This document shows positions 37,919 to 51,260 of a DNA stretch of 64,000 nucleotides, one piece after another. The notes beneath the pieces are model-generated. The model was not told the origin of the DNA. It ran no database searches and worked only from the letters and a program-made list of their open reading frames with translations. The stretch's first letter is position 1. The number at the start of each line of letters is the position of its first letter. The translations under genes were made by a program, and so were the position numbers. Source of the DNA: Psammoneis japonica (Eukaryota); the NCBI GenBank assembly GCA_008632985.1, contig QPGO01000223.1:1-64000 (forward strand). The letters are read 5' to 3'.

Positions 37919-38699
37919 TGAAAAAAATCAGTGAGTGAGATTTCACAAGACAGAAGAATGAAAGTGAAGGAAAGAAGCTTTTACAAGAAGACGTACAAAG
38001 GATCGTACTGGGACGGCACCATCACTACCGTTGCGCTGAAATCGTCCATCATTTCGAGTAAATTCGGACACAATCGCCCGATTCCTGACGATGCGACAAG
38101 AGGACACACCCGTTGACATTAACATATTGTGTAGCCTAGTAGAACAGGTAGATGAGAGCCGCAAACACAAGGCCATATATGCCTCTTTGATCTGCGACTT
38201 GCTATTGCTAGTTACTTGTTACTGTACTTGTATTGCGATCTTGAATCTTGAGCGGTGTCGTCGTGTCACGTTGTCCCGAATCCACGATCAACTCGACGAC
38301 GACGACTCAGCTATGAGACCCCCAGGCCTTAAGTAACTTAAGTGGGCGTACCGGAGTTTTCGGCCCGTTCATTTTCTACGTGGCCTGGTACAACCCAAAT
38401 CTGTGTAGATTCAGTACATTTCGCCCTGTAGAACAGTTTTTGGGAGTGTTTTCTGGCTCGCGGCTCAAAATAATGCGCAAAATAACACGGACAATGGCGT
38501 TTCACCGATTTGAAAAATACGATCGTCTCTGAGGTCGGAACCTGGATACTCTCAACGGAATTTGGTACGTCACATCATAAGATACGAGATAAGCTTGAGA
38601 ACATCCAGGTTCATATGGGTGGATCATGGTGAAATTTTGAACTGAAGTTTGGCATTGACACCGCCGATTTTGTTGCATCAACACGCAACTTGTGCATCA

Positions 38700-41600
38700 C
38701 CATTCATGCTGTGCTTTTTGTTGAGCACTTATATGTTCAAATTCTTTCAACTTACACACTTTTCTACGTAAGCACACATCAGTCGTTTCTACGTGGAATT
38801 CTACGAGCTTTTTGCACCAAGCAGCCGTCACCATGACGACCCCTCCTCCACCGCAGGCTGGCCCTGCCGGTGTTCCTCCCCCGGATCCTCCCCCCATTAT
38901 GGATCACACCCCATCGACTCCAACAAGAACTGGGTCCAAAAAGTCCAACGCGATTGGCCCCAACGAAATCACGATCCGTTTTGAGTTAACGTTGGCAGAG
39001 GATGATGCCTCTGCGGTGCTGGCCATGGGTCACACTGCTGTCCTCCACACCCTGCAACAAAAAGCATCTCAAGATCCTTTGACCCACAAAATCTCCATTA
39101 TGTCGAATCGAGGAATTGACATTCCCGACATCAACGTCGTCGAATGGAATTCTGGACTAACTCATTCGCAACACTTCGTGGTTCACCGCGTCGGAGGTGC
39201 CCGCCGCCGCCCTCCTGCTTGCATCATCGCCCACCGCATCCGCACTGCTTTGACTCTTGCCGAAATCAGGAACATTCCCTTTGTTCACAAAGTTCTCAAA
39301 GACAACGGCATTTACATGCGACGTCATGAATGGGACGAAACTGCCGTCGATTCATCTCGTGTTGCCCTTGTTCTCGATTTCGCGCCAAAGTGTTGCCCTG
39401 CGGACATTGTTCAGAAACGACTTGTGTCAATTCTACCACCCCGCAGTCGCTCCAAGGTTCCCTTCCGGTTGATTGTTCAATCGGCAACATCCCCACTCGA
39501 CAAGGATGTCAAAGCAACTTTCCACACAATCGAGACTCCTCGAGACTGAGCCAAAGATGTGATTGCTGCTTTAATGGAAGTGCTGAAGGATCATCCTTTG
39601 GCGGTTGTCTTTACTCGCTGGCGGCACACACAACCAGAACAATTCGACAAGGCAGTTCGGAAGCAACGTAAAACCGCAGCGACACTCCACGTGATTCCAT
39701 TGTTGCGCTGCACTGATGGGGTGCATTTTTGCATGTCTGACAAAATTGCAACGATCCCCGGAGTGGTGGACGTCGTTCCAGCAAAGAAGCAAACCTTGAT
39801 TCCCCGTTGCAACATTCTCGTGGACAAACTGCACTTTCACAAAGCCAAAGAACAAATCACTGTAAACTTGTCGGAATGGACAAACGATCTTCCGGATGAT
39901 GAGCTGCCGTTCATTCACCAACCACGTCCCATGATTCCGGGTCTCAACGACGACATCTCCGATGCAGCTCAGTCCATTGCCTCGGCGACCACCCAAAGCT
40001 GGAAGTCGTTAGATGTTTCTGACATCTCGCCTTCTGACTCCCATGCCACCAAACCTGCTCCACAGCCATCCCCCCCACCGGTTCCACGAAACGTCGGGAT
40101 TCACGGAGGTTTTCAGACCTTTGCCCAAGTGCTGGAAAGTTCCACAAGCGCGGCAGTGCCAAGAGCAACCCCAACTTCGGAGTTGACATCTCGGACTGAC
40201 GACATCGCAGAACTCAAACAAATGGTCTTACAGCACCATCAGGAACAGGATCGTCGGTTAGAGCAGCCAGAACAGCAACATCAGGCATCTCTCAAGCAAC
40301 TTGCATTAAAGTTTCAATCTCTGATTCAAGAAACAATTTCAACCATGTCTCAAGGTGCAGCATCTCCTCAGAGGAAGAAACCTGCACTTTCCGCTCCAGC
40401 AGGGTCTTCATCTCATCATCCTCCCAACGACGCCACTGTGGACAATGCCGAACAAGATGACTCGGTTTTTTCTTAGGGCAGGACCAGTCGTCTCACCTGC
40501 CTGGCTCCCATGACGCATGCGCCAGTCGCACTTCTCAGTCTTTCTTCAAGAAAGCACGGCATCACACCCGGGGGTGACATCCCTTCGGCAGCACTTGATC
40601 CCGCTGCCCAGCAGTGGTCCCAGACATTGTCAGGCAGAAGTTTTGCACCTCTCTCCAGCACCATTGATTGCACTGCTTTGCAACAGAATGACCCGATCGG
40701 AGATCAGTTAGGCCCCAAATCTCCTGAACATGCACGACTGCACGCGTTCAACGCAAACGGATGCGCTTGCGACCTCCAAGGCGGCGACTTCAACACACGT
40801 TCTCAAGTTGCCATGGAAGTGCAGGCAGATGTCGTTGGAATGTCCGAAACTTGCTTGGACACTGTGCAGTTCAAAGTCCGACAGAGTTGCTCCAATGCAG
40901 TTCGCCAGTCTCTTCATCACAGCCGTTTGACGTTGTCATCCTCCAAGACCACCTTTTCTGCTGCTTGCAAACCAGGGGGTGCCACCTTGTTTTCATGCAA
41001 CTCCCTGTCTTCACGTTGCCGTGCCCAGTGTGAGGATCCCCTTGGAAGATGGTCCATTCAAATTTTCGATGGACGCCACGGACGGCAAGTGATGTTTGTG
41101 TCTTGTCATCGAGTTTGCTCCAACTCATCAGTTGCAGGAAAAACAACAGCCTGTGCTCAACAGGTGGCACTGCTGTGACAACAAGGGCGAGCGAACCTAG
41201 ACCCAAGACAATCCTTTTGCACTGACCTGACTCAGATCTTAGAGAGGTTTCTCGATGACACCAACCGAGAGGTCATTCTGTTTGGAGACTTCAACACAGA
41301 CTTCCGAACTGACAACGACACCCTCGCTTCCATGGCGCAACGGTTCAACATGTCTGATGCAATGCATTGCCATCAAGAAGACCTTGAATTTTCCACTTGC
41401 ATGAGAGGATCTCGTCGGTTAGACTTCGTTTTGGCAACCCCAGGGGCTTTGGCAGCCTCTAGAAAGTGTGGGTGCGAATCTTTCGGATGTCGCATGTCTT
41501 CGGATCACCGAGCGTATTTTGTCGATTTTGATGCAGTGGCATTGTTTGGCAACCCCCACCGTCGACCTGCCACGTGCCGAACACCGTGACCTGCAAGCAA

Positions 41601-44600
41601 ATTCTCCCAAACACATCACCACACACCTGGAGACAATGGCTTCACTGTCACACAGCCGAAACGTTGCGGCGCGAACCGAAGCCTTGATCCAGTCCTCGAC
41701 TCCAGACCACAGACTCGCAGAGAGACTTGACCGGGACATCCCACAGTTTTCCATGTCGTCTGCGAAGCATTGCCGACGACACAAAGAACCAGCATGGTCT
41801 GTTGAACTGGCCAGTCTCCGTCGACAGATTTTTGCATTGTCCAGGATGATGTCGATGTTTCGTGCCAAGGTCGACATGGCACCTTCAATTCTGCGCGCTA
41901 AGTTTGACCTCAAAGATTCCTTTGTTCTCCCAATTGCCCTGCAGGAATGTGCGATTGCTCTTCGAAAAGCTCAGTCAGAGTGCCGTCAGGTGGCACGCGA
42001 AAGTCAGCAACATCGAGACAAAGAACGAGATGCCCGCATTGCTGAACTCGAACTGGATGGTGCCAAACAATCGAAGGCCACTGCACGAATTTTACGGAAT
42101 CAACGTTGTGCGGAAGAAACCAAGAGGGTGTTCAGGAAGATTAACGCGTGCAAGAGAGCGGAAGGAGCCAGCGTCCAAACCATTCAGATTCCTGAAGATC
42201 CCAGAGATGATCCCAAAACTTGCGAGAATTGGATGACGATCGACGCTCCAGACGATGTGGAATCAGCTCTCCAACACAGAAACCAACGGCACTTCGGCCA
42301 GGCACAAGGCACTCCCCCCACAGCTCCACCTCTGTCAGTCGACTTGGGCTGTGAAGGTGACACAGCAATGGCGGATCTAATCCTAGACGGAGAATGCAAA
42401 ACCAGTCACCTGAACCGTGCTGCTTCGTCATTGACACAACACCTTCGACGAAGGACTCCATCAGCAGTTTCAAATTCCCTTGCCCCAGAGGCACTTCGCT
42501 CAAAGACAAAACTGTGGTCAGAGTCAACGTCCACCTCCTTGAAGTCAGGGCTGCATTTGGGACACTGGAAAGCGATGCATGCTCCACACTCCCATTCCAA
42601 TGATTGTGATGAAGACGGCAACCCTTCAGATCGGAAAGAGTCATCAGACTCAGTTCAGCAGTCACTGGCGTCAATGCGACTCAATCTGATCAACTGCGCA
42701 CTAAAGTGGGGACACTCACACGAACGGTGGAAGGACATGGTCAATGTTGTGATCTTCAAAGAACCAGGCAATGACAAAATGCACCGACTGCAAGTGATTC
42801 ACATTTACGATGCGGACTTTCAACTCATTGCAAGCGTGAAGTGGCGTGAGTTAGCCCAGCACATGGAACATCATCGAATGTACAATCCCGGCATTTGCGG
42901 ATGTCGCTCCTTCCTCTCTGCTCAAACTCCTGTGTTTCTCGAAAACATGATGCTGGAGATGTCGCGCGCCTCACGGAAAACCTTGCTCACAAGTGACGAT
43001 GACTGTGCCTCTTGCTGCGACAGGAATGTTCCAGCGACAGCAGGTCTCTGCGCAAAGAGTGATGGGATGCATGAGAAAGTTGTGAAAGTGAACATGGCAA
43101 CTCTGCACCACGCACGGTGTTGGTTACGCACTTTGTTGGGACTCGCCCAAAAAAGTCATTCTCATTCCCCCGAGCACCCGTTGCATGGAACAGGACAAGG
43201 CAGCGGCAACTCTCCCTGGTGCTGGAACACTCTGTTCAGCAGACTGTTTGACATCTTTGACGCAGAAGCTGTCGGCTCATTTTTCGAAACTCCGGATGGA
43301 CAGTTTTACATCCATGCACACAACAGAGGTCATGTTGATGACATGTCTAAACAGGTGAACGACTTTAGAGCTGGCCCTCAGCCCTCAGCACTCGAGCCAT
43401 CTCAGGCACTTCAATCAGACAACCAGTTGTGGTGTGACTTGCTGGACGCAGCTGGACACGAACTGTAATTGCCGAAGTGTTCTTTCCACGCCATTGAATG
43501 GGATTTTACCGAATGCGGCGAACCGTGTGTTCGACCTCATCACGACGACATCGAGGTGGAGATTTTTTTCCGCCGACCGTTCCACTTCACGTTGCAGCAA
43601 GCAATTGTCAGCTTGCACTCCCCATAAAACTCTGGGACATTACATGGCTCCCCATTGGCACGCAGAAGACTCAGCTGCAGAAATTGCAACACAAGAGCGA
43701 CACCGTTTCGTTGTTTCTTTGGTCATGTCCTTTGGATCGCACAGAAACCTGGCGACATCACCATGCCTGTTACCTCGCATCGATGACATGTGTTCTGGCT
43801 AACTCTAATTTTCTCCCGAAAGAATTGCAACAGGCACAACAGAAGGCCATGCGAACGATTTTTGCGAAATGCGGCTACAACAGAAACACGAAATGTCTTG
43901 TTCTTTACGGTCCCCAGGCTTTAGGAGGAGGAGGGTTTCGATCGCTCGACACAGAACAAGGAGTCGCCCAATTGCTGCAACTGCTTGAGCACTCAAGAGG
44001 AGTTGCCCATCTTCAACTTGGGGAAGATCAACCACACAAGTTACTTCACATTGCCGTCGCATGGATTCAGTTAAACTTGGGGACAGGCGACAGTTTTTTG
44101 TGGGACGTGGAGACAGAGTTGCCACACATGGAATCGCGATGGTTCGCGTCAGTCCGAGCATTTCTGCAACGGATCAACGGCCGAGTGTTCCCAACTCACA
44201 ATGGAACACTTCCGCTACAACGAGACAACGACCAGCATCTGATGGATGTCATTTTGAGATCCAAAACCTTCTCTGCACGAGAGATTTGGTGGATCAATTG
44301 TTGCCGATTGCACCTTTGGGTCTTGTCTGTCTCGGATGTCACTCTTTCAGATGGTGTTGCAATTGATGGTTCAAAAGTGAAAGGGGAACCCTCCCTGCGC
44401 AGCAGCACAAGCACCCTTGACAACGTCGAACAATGCAAACCGTGCAAGCGAGCTTGGACAGCGTGGGGGAAATTCTGTGCAAGTTTGTGTCGTCCGAAAT
44501 CACTTCAACTGAAGGAACCTCTAGGCGATTGGCTGTTTCCTCCGTCAAAAATGAGGATGCAATCTACCGCTTGCTGCTCCCCGTCTGAAGAGCACTTGTG

Positions 44601-46600
44601 CGTTCGTTCATTGGAAGGTCATGACATTTTCCAGGCGAACGGAACTACAACTGATTCAATTGTCGAGATCGAGACCGTTCCAACCCCCTCCGAAGAGTCT
44701 TGTCCAGCAGAGGTTTCTACACTCGAGGATGGACGATGGCGATTTGAAATTCCGCGTACATCACTCACACCTCCATCAATTCCGGATGCACCAGACTCCT
44801 TTTTCGAGAGCCTGCAACGATTGGAACTTTGGGAGTCTACATTGTTTGATGCTTTGGAACTGCGGTGTCCTCTCAAGCTTGGTTCAACACTTTCTTTCTT
44901 CAACTCTCACTGCAGGCAGTGACGGCTCTGCACGCGAGGGAGCCACGTTCGGCTGGACGATTGCCTTGAACGGCACTCCACCAGTCGATTGTGCTGGCCC
45001 TGTGTTCGGGAAGAAACCTTCCTCGCATCGCGCGGAAGCCTGCGGCATTCTTTCAATCGCTTGGTTCATTTGCCGATTGTGTGAATGTCATCGGATTTCT
45101 GCTCCATTGGATGCGGTGATTCACTGTGACAATGAAGCTTTGGTCGAATGCCTGTCTCGGTTGACATCTGCTCCACCTGTGATCGACCCAGGAGACGAAG
45201 CACACACCATGCATGATTTTCACATTCGGCATCACGGCGCCAATGCCATGTCCTCAGACTGGGATGTCTTGAACGAAATTCTTCATGCCCAGCGAACGTT
45301 GAAGCTGCTCTCGGAGTCGACGGACATGACTCTTCCTGCAGTTTCTTGGGTGAAAGGACATCAAGACAGGCACACTCCAGTTCATGCCTTGCCCTCAAAT
45401 GCAAGAGTCAACATCCGGGTGGACAGATTGGCAGGATCATGTCAAGGCCACCACCTGTGTGACACCGATCAAGTCAAGCATCTTCCTCATTGCCATTCTC
45501 ATTTCGAGACAGAGGGTGGTCCGGTGACTTCCAATTGCAAGAAACAAATCAGATGCGCTGCCACAGCTCCCCACTGCAGAGTGCATCGTCGAACTAAACA
45601 ATGGACTGGTGCGGTGATCGAGCAAGTTGACTTGAATGCACACGCAATCCCAGTGAAACGCCATTCAAAGCAGCACGTGAACACGGTCAAATTGGTTCAC
45701 GATTTGCCACCCACGAATGAAATCGTCCACAGACACAACCCGGCACGTCCCCACCAGTGCATTGCGTGTGATCATCCAATGGAAGACAGGGATCACATTC
45801 TACGATGCCCCAACAACGAGCAGTGGAGGAGGAAGTTTTTACAAGGATTGCGCCGCTGTTGTGATGAGGTGGACACCATGCCTGTCCTGCGTGACTTTCT
45901 TCTGGACATGTTGCAGGCTTGGTTTAACGAGGAAATCACTTGTCTTGCGGATGTGGATTACAGACTCAAAGAGTTGTGGAAAGCCCAGACTGACATTGGC
46001 TGGAGACAGATTTTTAACGGTCGACATTCGTTCATGTGGAACCTGCTGCAATCCGGCCACCTTCGTGATTCAGGTGTCTTGAGGCAATGTCAAGAAGAGA
46101 ACAAGCAGCCACCGGATTGGACCATCCAGGTCGGATCACACACATGGAGAAGTTGGTGGGAACTGTGGGAGGAACACAACAAGCTCGTCCACGGGCACGA
46201 CGTGGAATCTCGTAAGTCTTCCCAGCGGCGAAGGGCAGACGCCGAATTAACTGCGATTTGCAACAAACGTCAGGAGCATTTGGCGAAAGATGGAGGCACA
46301 CTGCTTGACTCGGTCGAGGAACACCGTACATTTTCGACGACGAGGATTCAAAATTGGATTTCAATGGTGCGACCACGCCTCCAAGACAGCTTGAAAGAAG
46401 CCAAACGCCCAGCCAAACGTGGCACTTGCACCATTCGTAGCTGCTTCCGTCGGGCGCCCCCTGCTGGGGGCGCCGGGTCAGGCCAATTGCACACAATTTC
46501 TGCCGCATCCCTTTAGGGTGCACTGGAAGTGTGGGTTGGCCGGCGCCGGTGTTGCTGGGCAAAGGTGCAGCAGCACTTAAAATTAGAGTTTGGTTTTTTT
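38700..46600 (+). mobile_element. Non-LTR retrotransposon (LINE, Ambal-like: APE + RT + RNase H + Cys/His finger), decayed; ends approximate
   Basis: ORF1 38833-40476 with one internal TGA. ORF2 40510-46516: GMSETCLD, FGDFN, RLDFVL, SDHRAYFVDF (APE); GTGQGSGNSP, GHVDD (RT); GSDGSA, SSHRAEACG, HCDNEA, WVKGHQD (RNase H); CIAC...EDRDHILRC. Confidence 0.9.
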
Positions 46601-49050
46601 TTTCTTTCAACTTACACATGTGTTGTCTTTCCTCATTGTTGTTTTGTTCTGCAGGGTCTCCCTTGCCATGAGCCATCCCTGAGAGAGAAATGCTGGCTTT
46701 TGATGTCACTTCTACCTTGCAATGGCCACGGCAGTCTGACGACAAGTCCAAGTCACAGATGCAGCATCAGGATGAATTCATGACAAACACAGAAGCTTGG
46801 GTCTGTGGTGTCTGAAGATGTTCAAGCTCTCAACAGCTCAGATTTGTCGTCGAGCAATTTTGCCGCGCATTTGACGTGCATCCAGAAGGTGATGCGGAGT
46901 TTCATTCGACAGAGAAATGCACCATGGCAATTGTGAAGGGGTGGATTGTTTCTTTGTTCTACAAGGCAGTTTACAAGCTAGAAATGTGTGACTCATTTGC
47001 CTGCATTGTCAGCCAGTGCAATGAATTTAGAGGGTGAAAGGGAGAACAGCCAATGCACCGTGCACAAACAGCAAACCAAGCCTCAAAAGTGCAGCGGGCC
47101 AGCTAGAGAGTTTGCGCCAATGGGAAGAACCAGCTTTGCTGTTTATCATGGGACAGTGGATTTTATTTCATTGGGGCAACAAGTCTCCATTGCTGTTCTA
47201 GAGTGACTGGCATTGGTTTGGCCGTTGCAGCCTTCATGCATGCGCGCCTCTTGACAATCTGTTTTGTTCTGAGATTGTGCAATGAAAAAAAACCTTTGCT
47301 TGAAACACTCCATCACAAGAGAGAGCTCATGAGCTTTCCTTGGCCCTTTGGAGCAATCAGGCAAGTGAAAGAGGAGCCAACAGAAAGACACCAACGACGA
47401 CAACGAACGACGCCATTTTGATGCACTCTCGTCTGTCGTCTGGTGGTGTCGTTGATGGAGTGCCATGTTTTCTGTTTTGTGCTGCTGCTGTGTGGGAATG
47501 CACGTGCTTGGCTCTCGTGCAGTTTCTGCGTAAAAAGTGCACCAGGCTATCTCCGGACCGCCCTCTTAAAACTGGCATGGCAGGCGCGCTCCAGATGAGC
47601 GTGCAGACCATCACCGCGGTGACAACATGCATGACGAACATGGAGAACTTGTCAAAAAACCGCCGGAGCCGACGATGACATTGACGTGGCAGATGAGGTG
47701 TCCAAACAATCGTTGTTTTTAGTCCCATTGCTGCAGCAGGTTTGTTGCACTGTCTTTTGTTTGGGGTTGCAAAGGGACCATCGGAGACAAACATGCCGTT
47801 GCACCCGTTTGTGCCGCCACGTTGCATGCAGACGACACATCAACTCACCATTTGCCGGATTTTTGGCACCCACTGAGCCAAAGTCCGAGTTTGTTAAAAG
47901 GCAAGCAAGTTGAAAATCAAAATGATGTCATCAGTGCATCCGAGGCTCACCACTTGTTGTCTCGCTCAACTTTCTTGCCACCGCAGCCAATTCTCACTGT
48001 CTTTCCCAGCATGAGCACACATCGACAAATCCAACGTCGTCGTCACATCATCAAACCCATTCAAGCAATGGCATTGACCAGACAAATGTTTTTAAGTCTT
48101 TGATGAAGCAACTGCAGTGCATTCAGCCAAGTGTTCTTGAATGGGAGAGAGTCGGGCGGATGGGAGTGAAAATGCAGAACGAAGTTGGCGTGCGGTTCAA
48201 GAAAAAAAAACAGTCAAACAACGTTGGCAATGTCATTCTGATGCTGCTGTTCTATAGAATGACAAATGGCAGTGAATGGAGCTCCTCCCTGGCTCGCATC
48301 CACTCTAGATTCATCGCAAAGACACAAATGTCAAATCTCAAAATAGAAAAGTGTGGCTTGCAAATGAGCGTCCATGGATTGCTTTGCCAATTTGTGGCAT
48401 TAAAGAGGTTGCACACAGTTGTCAGGAGGCTGGCCATGGATTAGAGAATGGAACATGGCTGTGAAACAGGCCTTTTGTTGATGTTGTCATCCAATCTCGG
48501 TGACAGGATTTGAACAGGATTTGGGTGCGCGCGAAATGTCGCGCGCTGTTCAGTTTGCCGTGCACAGTTTTGTGTGCTTTAGTTCCGCACGTTCGCGCGC
48601 GATGCAGTTTGCTTTCGAGCCACAAGGCTCACAAGAATGACAACAGCAGCCCGATTGTGCCAACTTGCACGTCTTTCGGCTCCTGTGGCGGTCTCTGAGC
48701 GGAGACTCATCTGCTGTTTAGACAGCAGCAAGGAGTTGTTGTTTGAATTCTTGCCATTTGCCTTCAATTTCTGTCAGATCAACAGTCTTGCTCATTGTCA
48801 ACCCATTGAGCAACCGCCATTGTCGTCGTTGATTTGCCGACGACGCCACTTCAATTCTGTGTGGACCTCCATGTGTGTTCTACATGCATCGGCAAGTCTG
48901 TGCGCGTTCAATGCCAGGCATCGGCAGGAATTTAACGTCACCGTCAAGCCTCCTTGCCGCTGGACATCTGGATTGATTGTGCCACCTTTGATCGCTGAAG
49001 ACATGCACCAACAGTCGTGTCCAAGTCCATCCTTGATCCTCATCCCTTGA
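46600..49050. other. Unclassified decayed repeat-like DNA (TpA-depleted)
   Basis: Same dinucleotide signature as the recognisable transposons; no recognisable domain. Confidence 0.4.
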
Positions 49051-50764
49051 CACACCCATTCATCGGTTAATGGTCAAGAACCCTGCACATTCAAGGATCT
49101 TCGTCGCTGAAGACACACACACATGTGCGTGTCTTCACGGCTGAGAACTTGCACCCACTCTTCGGACTGCGGTTTTGCTGCCACTCTGCGAGCACACCGA
49201 GTCTGTTGCACCTGATCTGCCCCGGACCGCTGGTGCTCTGCAGTTCTGCTGGGTCCACGAGGATGACTGTGAGAGCAAGCAGCCGTGATTGCAGCCTGCG
49301 TTGGGGCGAGGGTGTTTTCCCACGTTTGTTCGTTCGTCCACAGTGCCCAACGCCTGCATCAACTGGCCAGCCTGATCGGGAAATCCAACCGACAAAAAAC
49401 ATGAACGGTTCGGGGGGTCTTGTCCACCTCCAGTCAGCTCACCTGCAGGGGTTTACAACCCGCCACTCCGCTCGCAAGCAACCCAAAAGCGCCGCTGGCT
49501 GCAGGTTCGGACGTGCCGGCACAACTCTGCGGACCAGATGGGAGGTTTGGCACTTGACAACGAACGGGATGGCACAGCCCGGCGACTTCTGAATTTAAGG
49601 TGGTTCAAGATTTCAAGTCAAGTCCATTTCAAGTCAAGTCCATTCTCACCCAAGTTTCAAGTCTGCCTTTGCTTCACAACAAGAATTGCTTGTCCTGACA
49701 CCACTTTTGTCCACCATGGTTCTCACTCGTCAGCAACAAACCGATGGTTTCGAGCACGTTGTTGGAACCGTGCTTGCCCAAGGTGCTGGGAGCCCTCTTC
49801 GTTTGGCTTTGACCCAAGACGGCACAGACTCGCATCAAGAACTGTTCACGTTCATGCCGTCCCAAATCGACTCGCTTGAGTGCGACAACGGCGCCAATGT
49901 GATCCCTTTGCCCCGCGGTTGTAAGAACATGTCAGCAGCTCTAATCAGTCTGTACATTGTCAAAGCACACGAAGGTCTTGACGTTGCCAATGACTCCTCA
50001 TTGTTCGTGCATGATGAGTTCCTTGCCTGCCGCCTCAGTCCCGACTGCATGTCTTCTGTGTCTGTCGGCAGCTCACCCCTCGCACCTCCGCATGTCACCA
50101 ACCCGACCAAGACACACGACCCGGTGCGAGACTTCAAGCGAGGCATCAAGCGTGACTCCACCGCTTTCACGGCTCTCAAATCCGACAAGCAGTGGCACAC
50201 TTGGCACACCTCACTTGTGGCACAAGCCCGTGCCCAAGACGTCAAGTGCACTCTAGACTCGTCGTACAAACCGACCAGCCCCGAAGACAAACTGCTCTTT
50301 GCTGAACAGCAAAAGCACATGTTCGCTGTCTTCGAACGCATCCTTCTCACCGACAAGGGCAAGGCTCTCATTCGCGAAAATGTGGGGTCTTCTGATGCCC
50401 AGACCATCTGCCGCGCCTTGTCTGAGCATGCGCTCACCTCCACCCACGCATCTGTCGAGTCCTCCACCTTGCTCACGCACCTCACCACCGCACGTCTTGG
50501 TGATGGCACTTGGAAAGGTCCGACCCACGGGTTCATCCTTCATTGGCAAGATCAGTTGCGCAAGTGCGAGGCACTCATCCCGGCCAGTGACCACTTCTCT
50601 GAAGGACAGAAGCGCGTCATGCTCGAGAATGCCGCACACCCTGTCGAGGAACTCCGTGCTGTCAAGAACCAAGCTGATCAGCATCGTGCACAGAGTGGCA
50701 AGAGCCTCACATGCGATCAATGCTGTGGCTTGCTCCTCTCTGCGGCTGCTCAATGCAACAGCAT

Positions 50765-51260
50765 GGGGCTTCGACCAGCATAAAATGCAATGTGACACAA
50801 TCATTGACATGTAAAAAACATTGATGTGATTTGTTGATGACGTGCATGCAAGAATGTTGAATGACTGCGTGTGACTTTTTGCGCAAGATTTGCACTGTTC
50901 TATGCACTTAACGAAGAAAATGCTGAGGCAATGCATGGAATGTCTCTCTTTAAGTACGAATTCAAATGAAGGTCATGCCCACGCCTGCCACGCAATTCAA
51001 TCAAACACACGAGCATGTGTGAAGCATTTTTCAAAGACGGAGTTGACAAACGGAGTGTCGACGGTTGAATGTGTGACATCTACAAAAACATCTAAATGGT
51101 TGAAAAGTGTGGACTTTTGTGAGACATTTGTGCATGTAACACATGCAAAACCTGCCATTTGTTTTGGCAATGACCGTCATCGTCAAACAAAGGGGCACAT
51201 AAAATCCAATGCAAAATGTCTGACCGGTGCAACAGGTGCGTTTCTGCCAGTCGTAGCCTC
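50765..51260. mobile_element. Old non-autonomous TIR element (~496 bp, possibly Sola-like) inserted in copia gag
   Basis: Imperfect TIRs: GGGGCTTCGACCAGCATAAAATGCA versus reverse complement GAGGCTACGACTGGCAGAAACGCA. Gag-like sequence resumes after it. Confidence 0.65.

Noticed and set aside
38328..38342. Palindrome CTTAAGT-A-ACTTAAG
   Set aside because: Short and isolated; no partner terminus or TSD found.
49600..49665. Short TTCAAG/TCAAGTC repeats upstream of copia gag
   Set aside because: Low-complexity leader sequence; no second copy to define an LTR.
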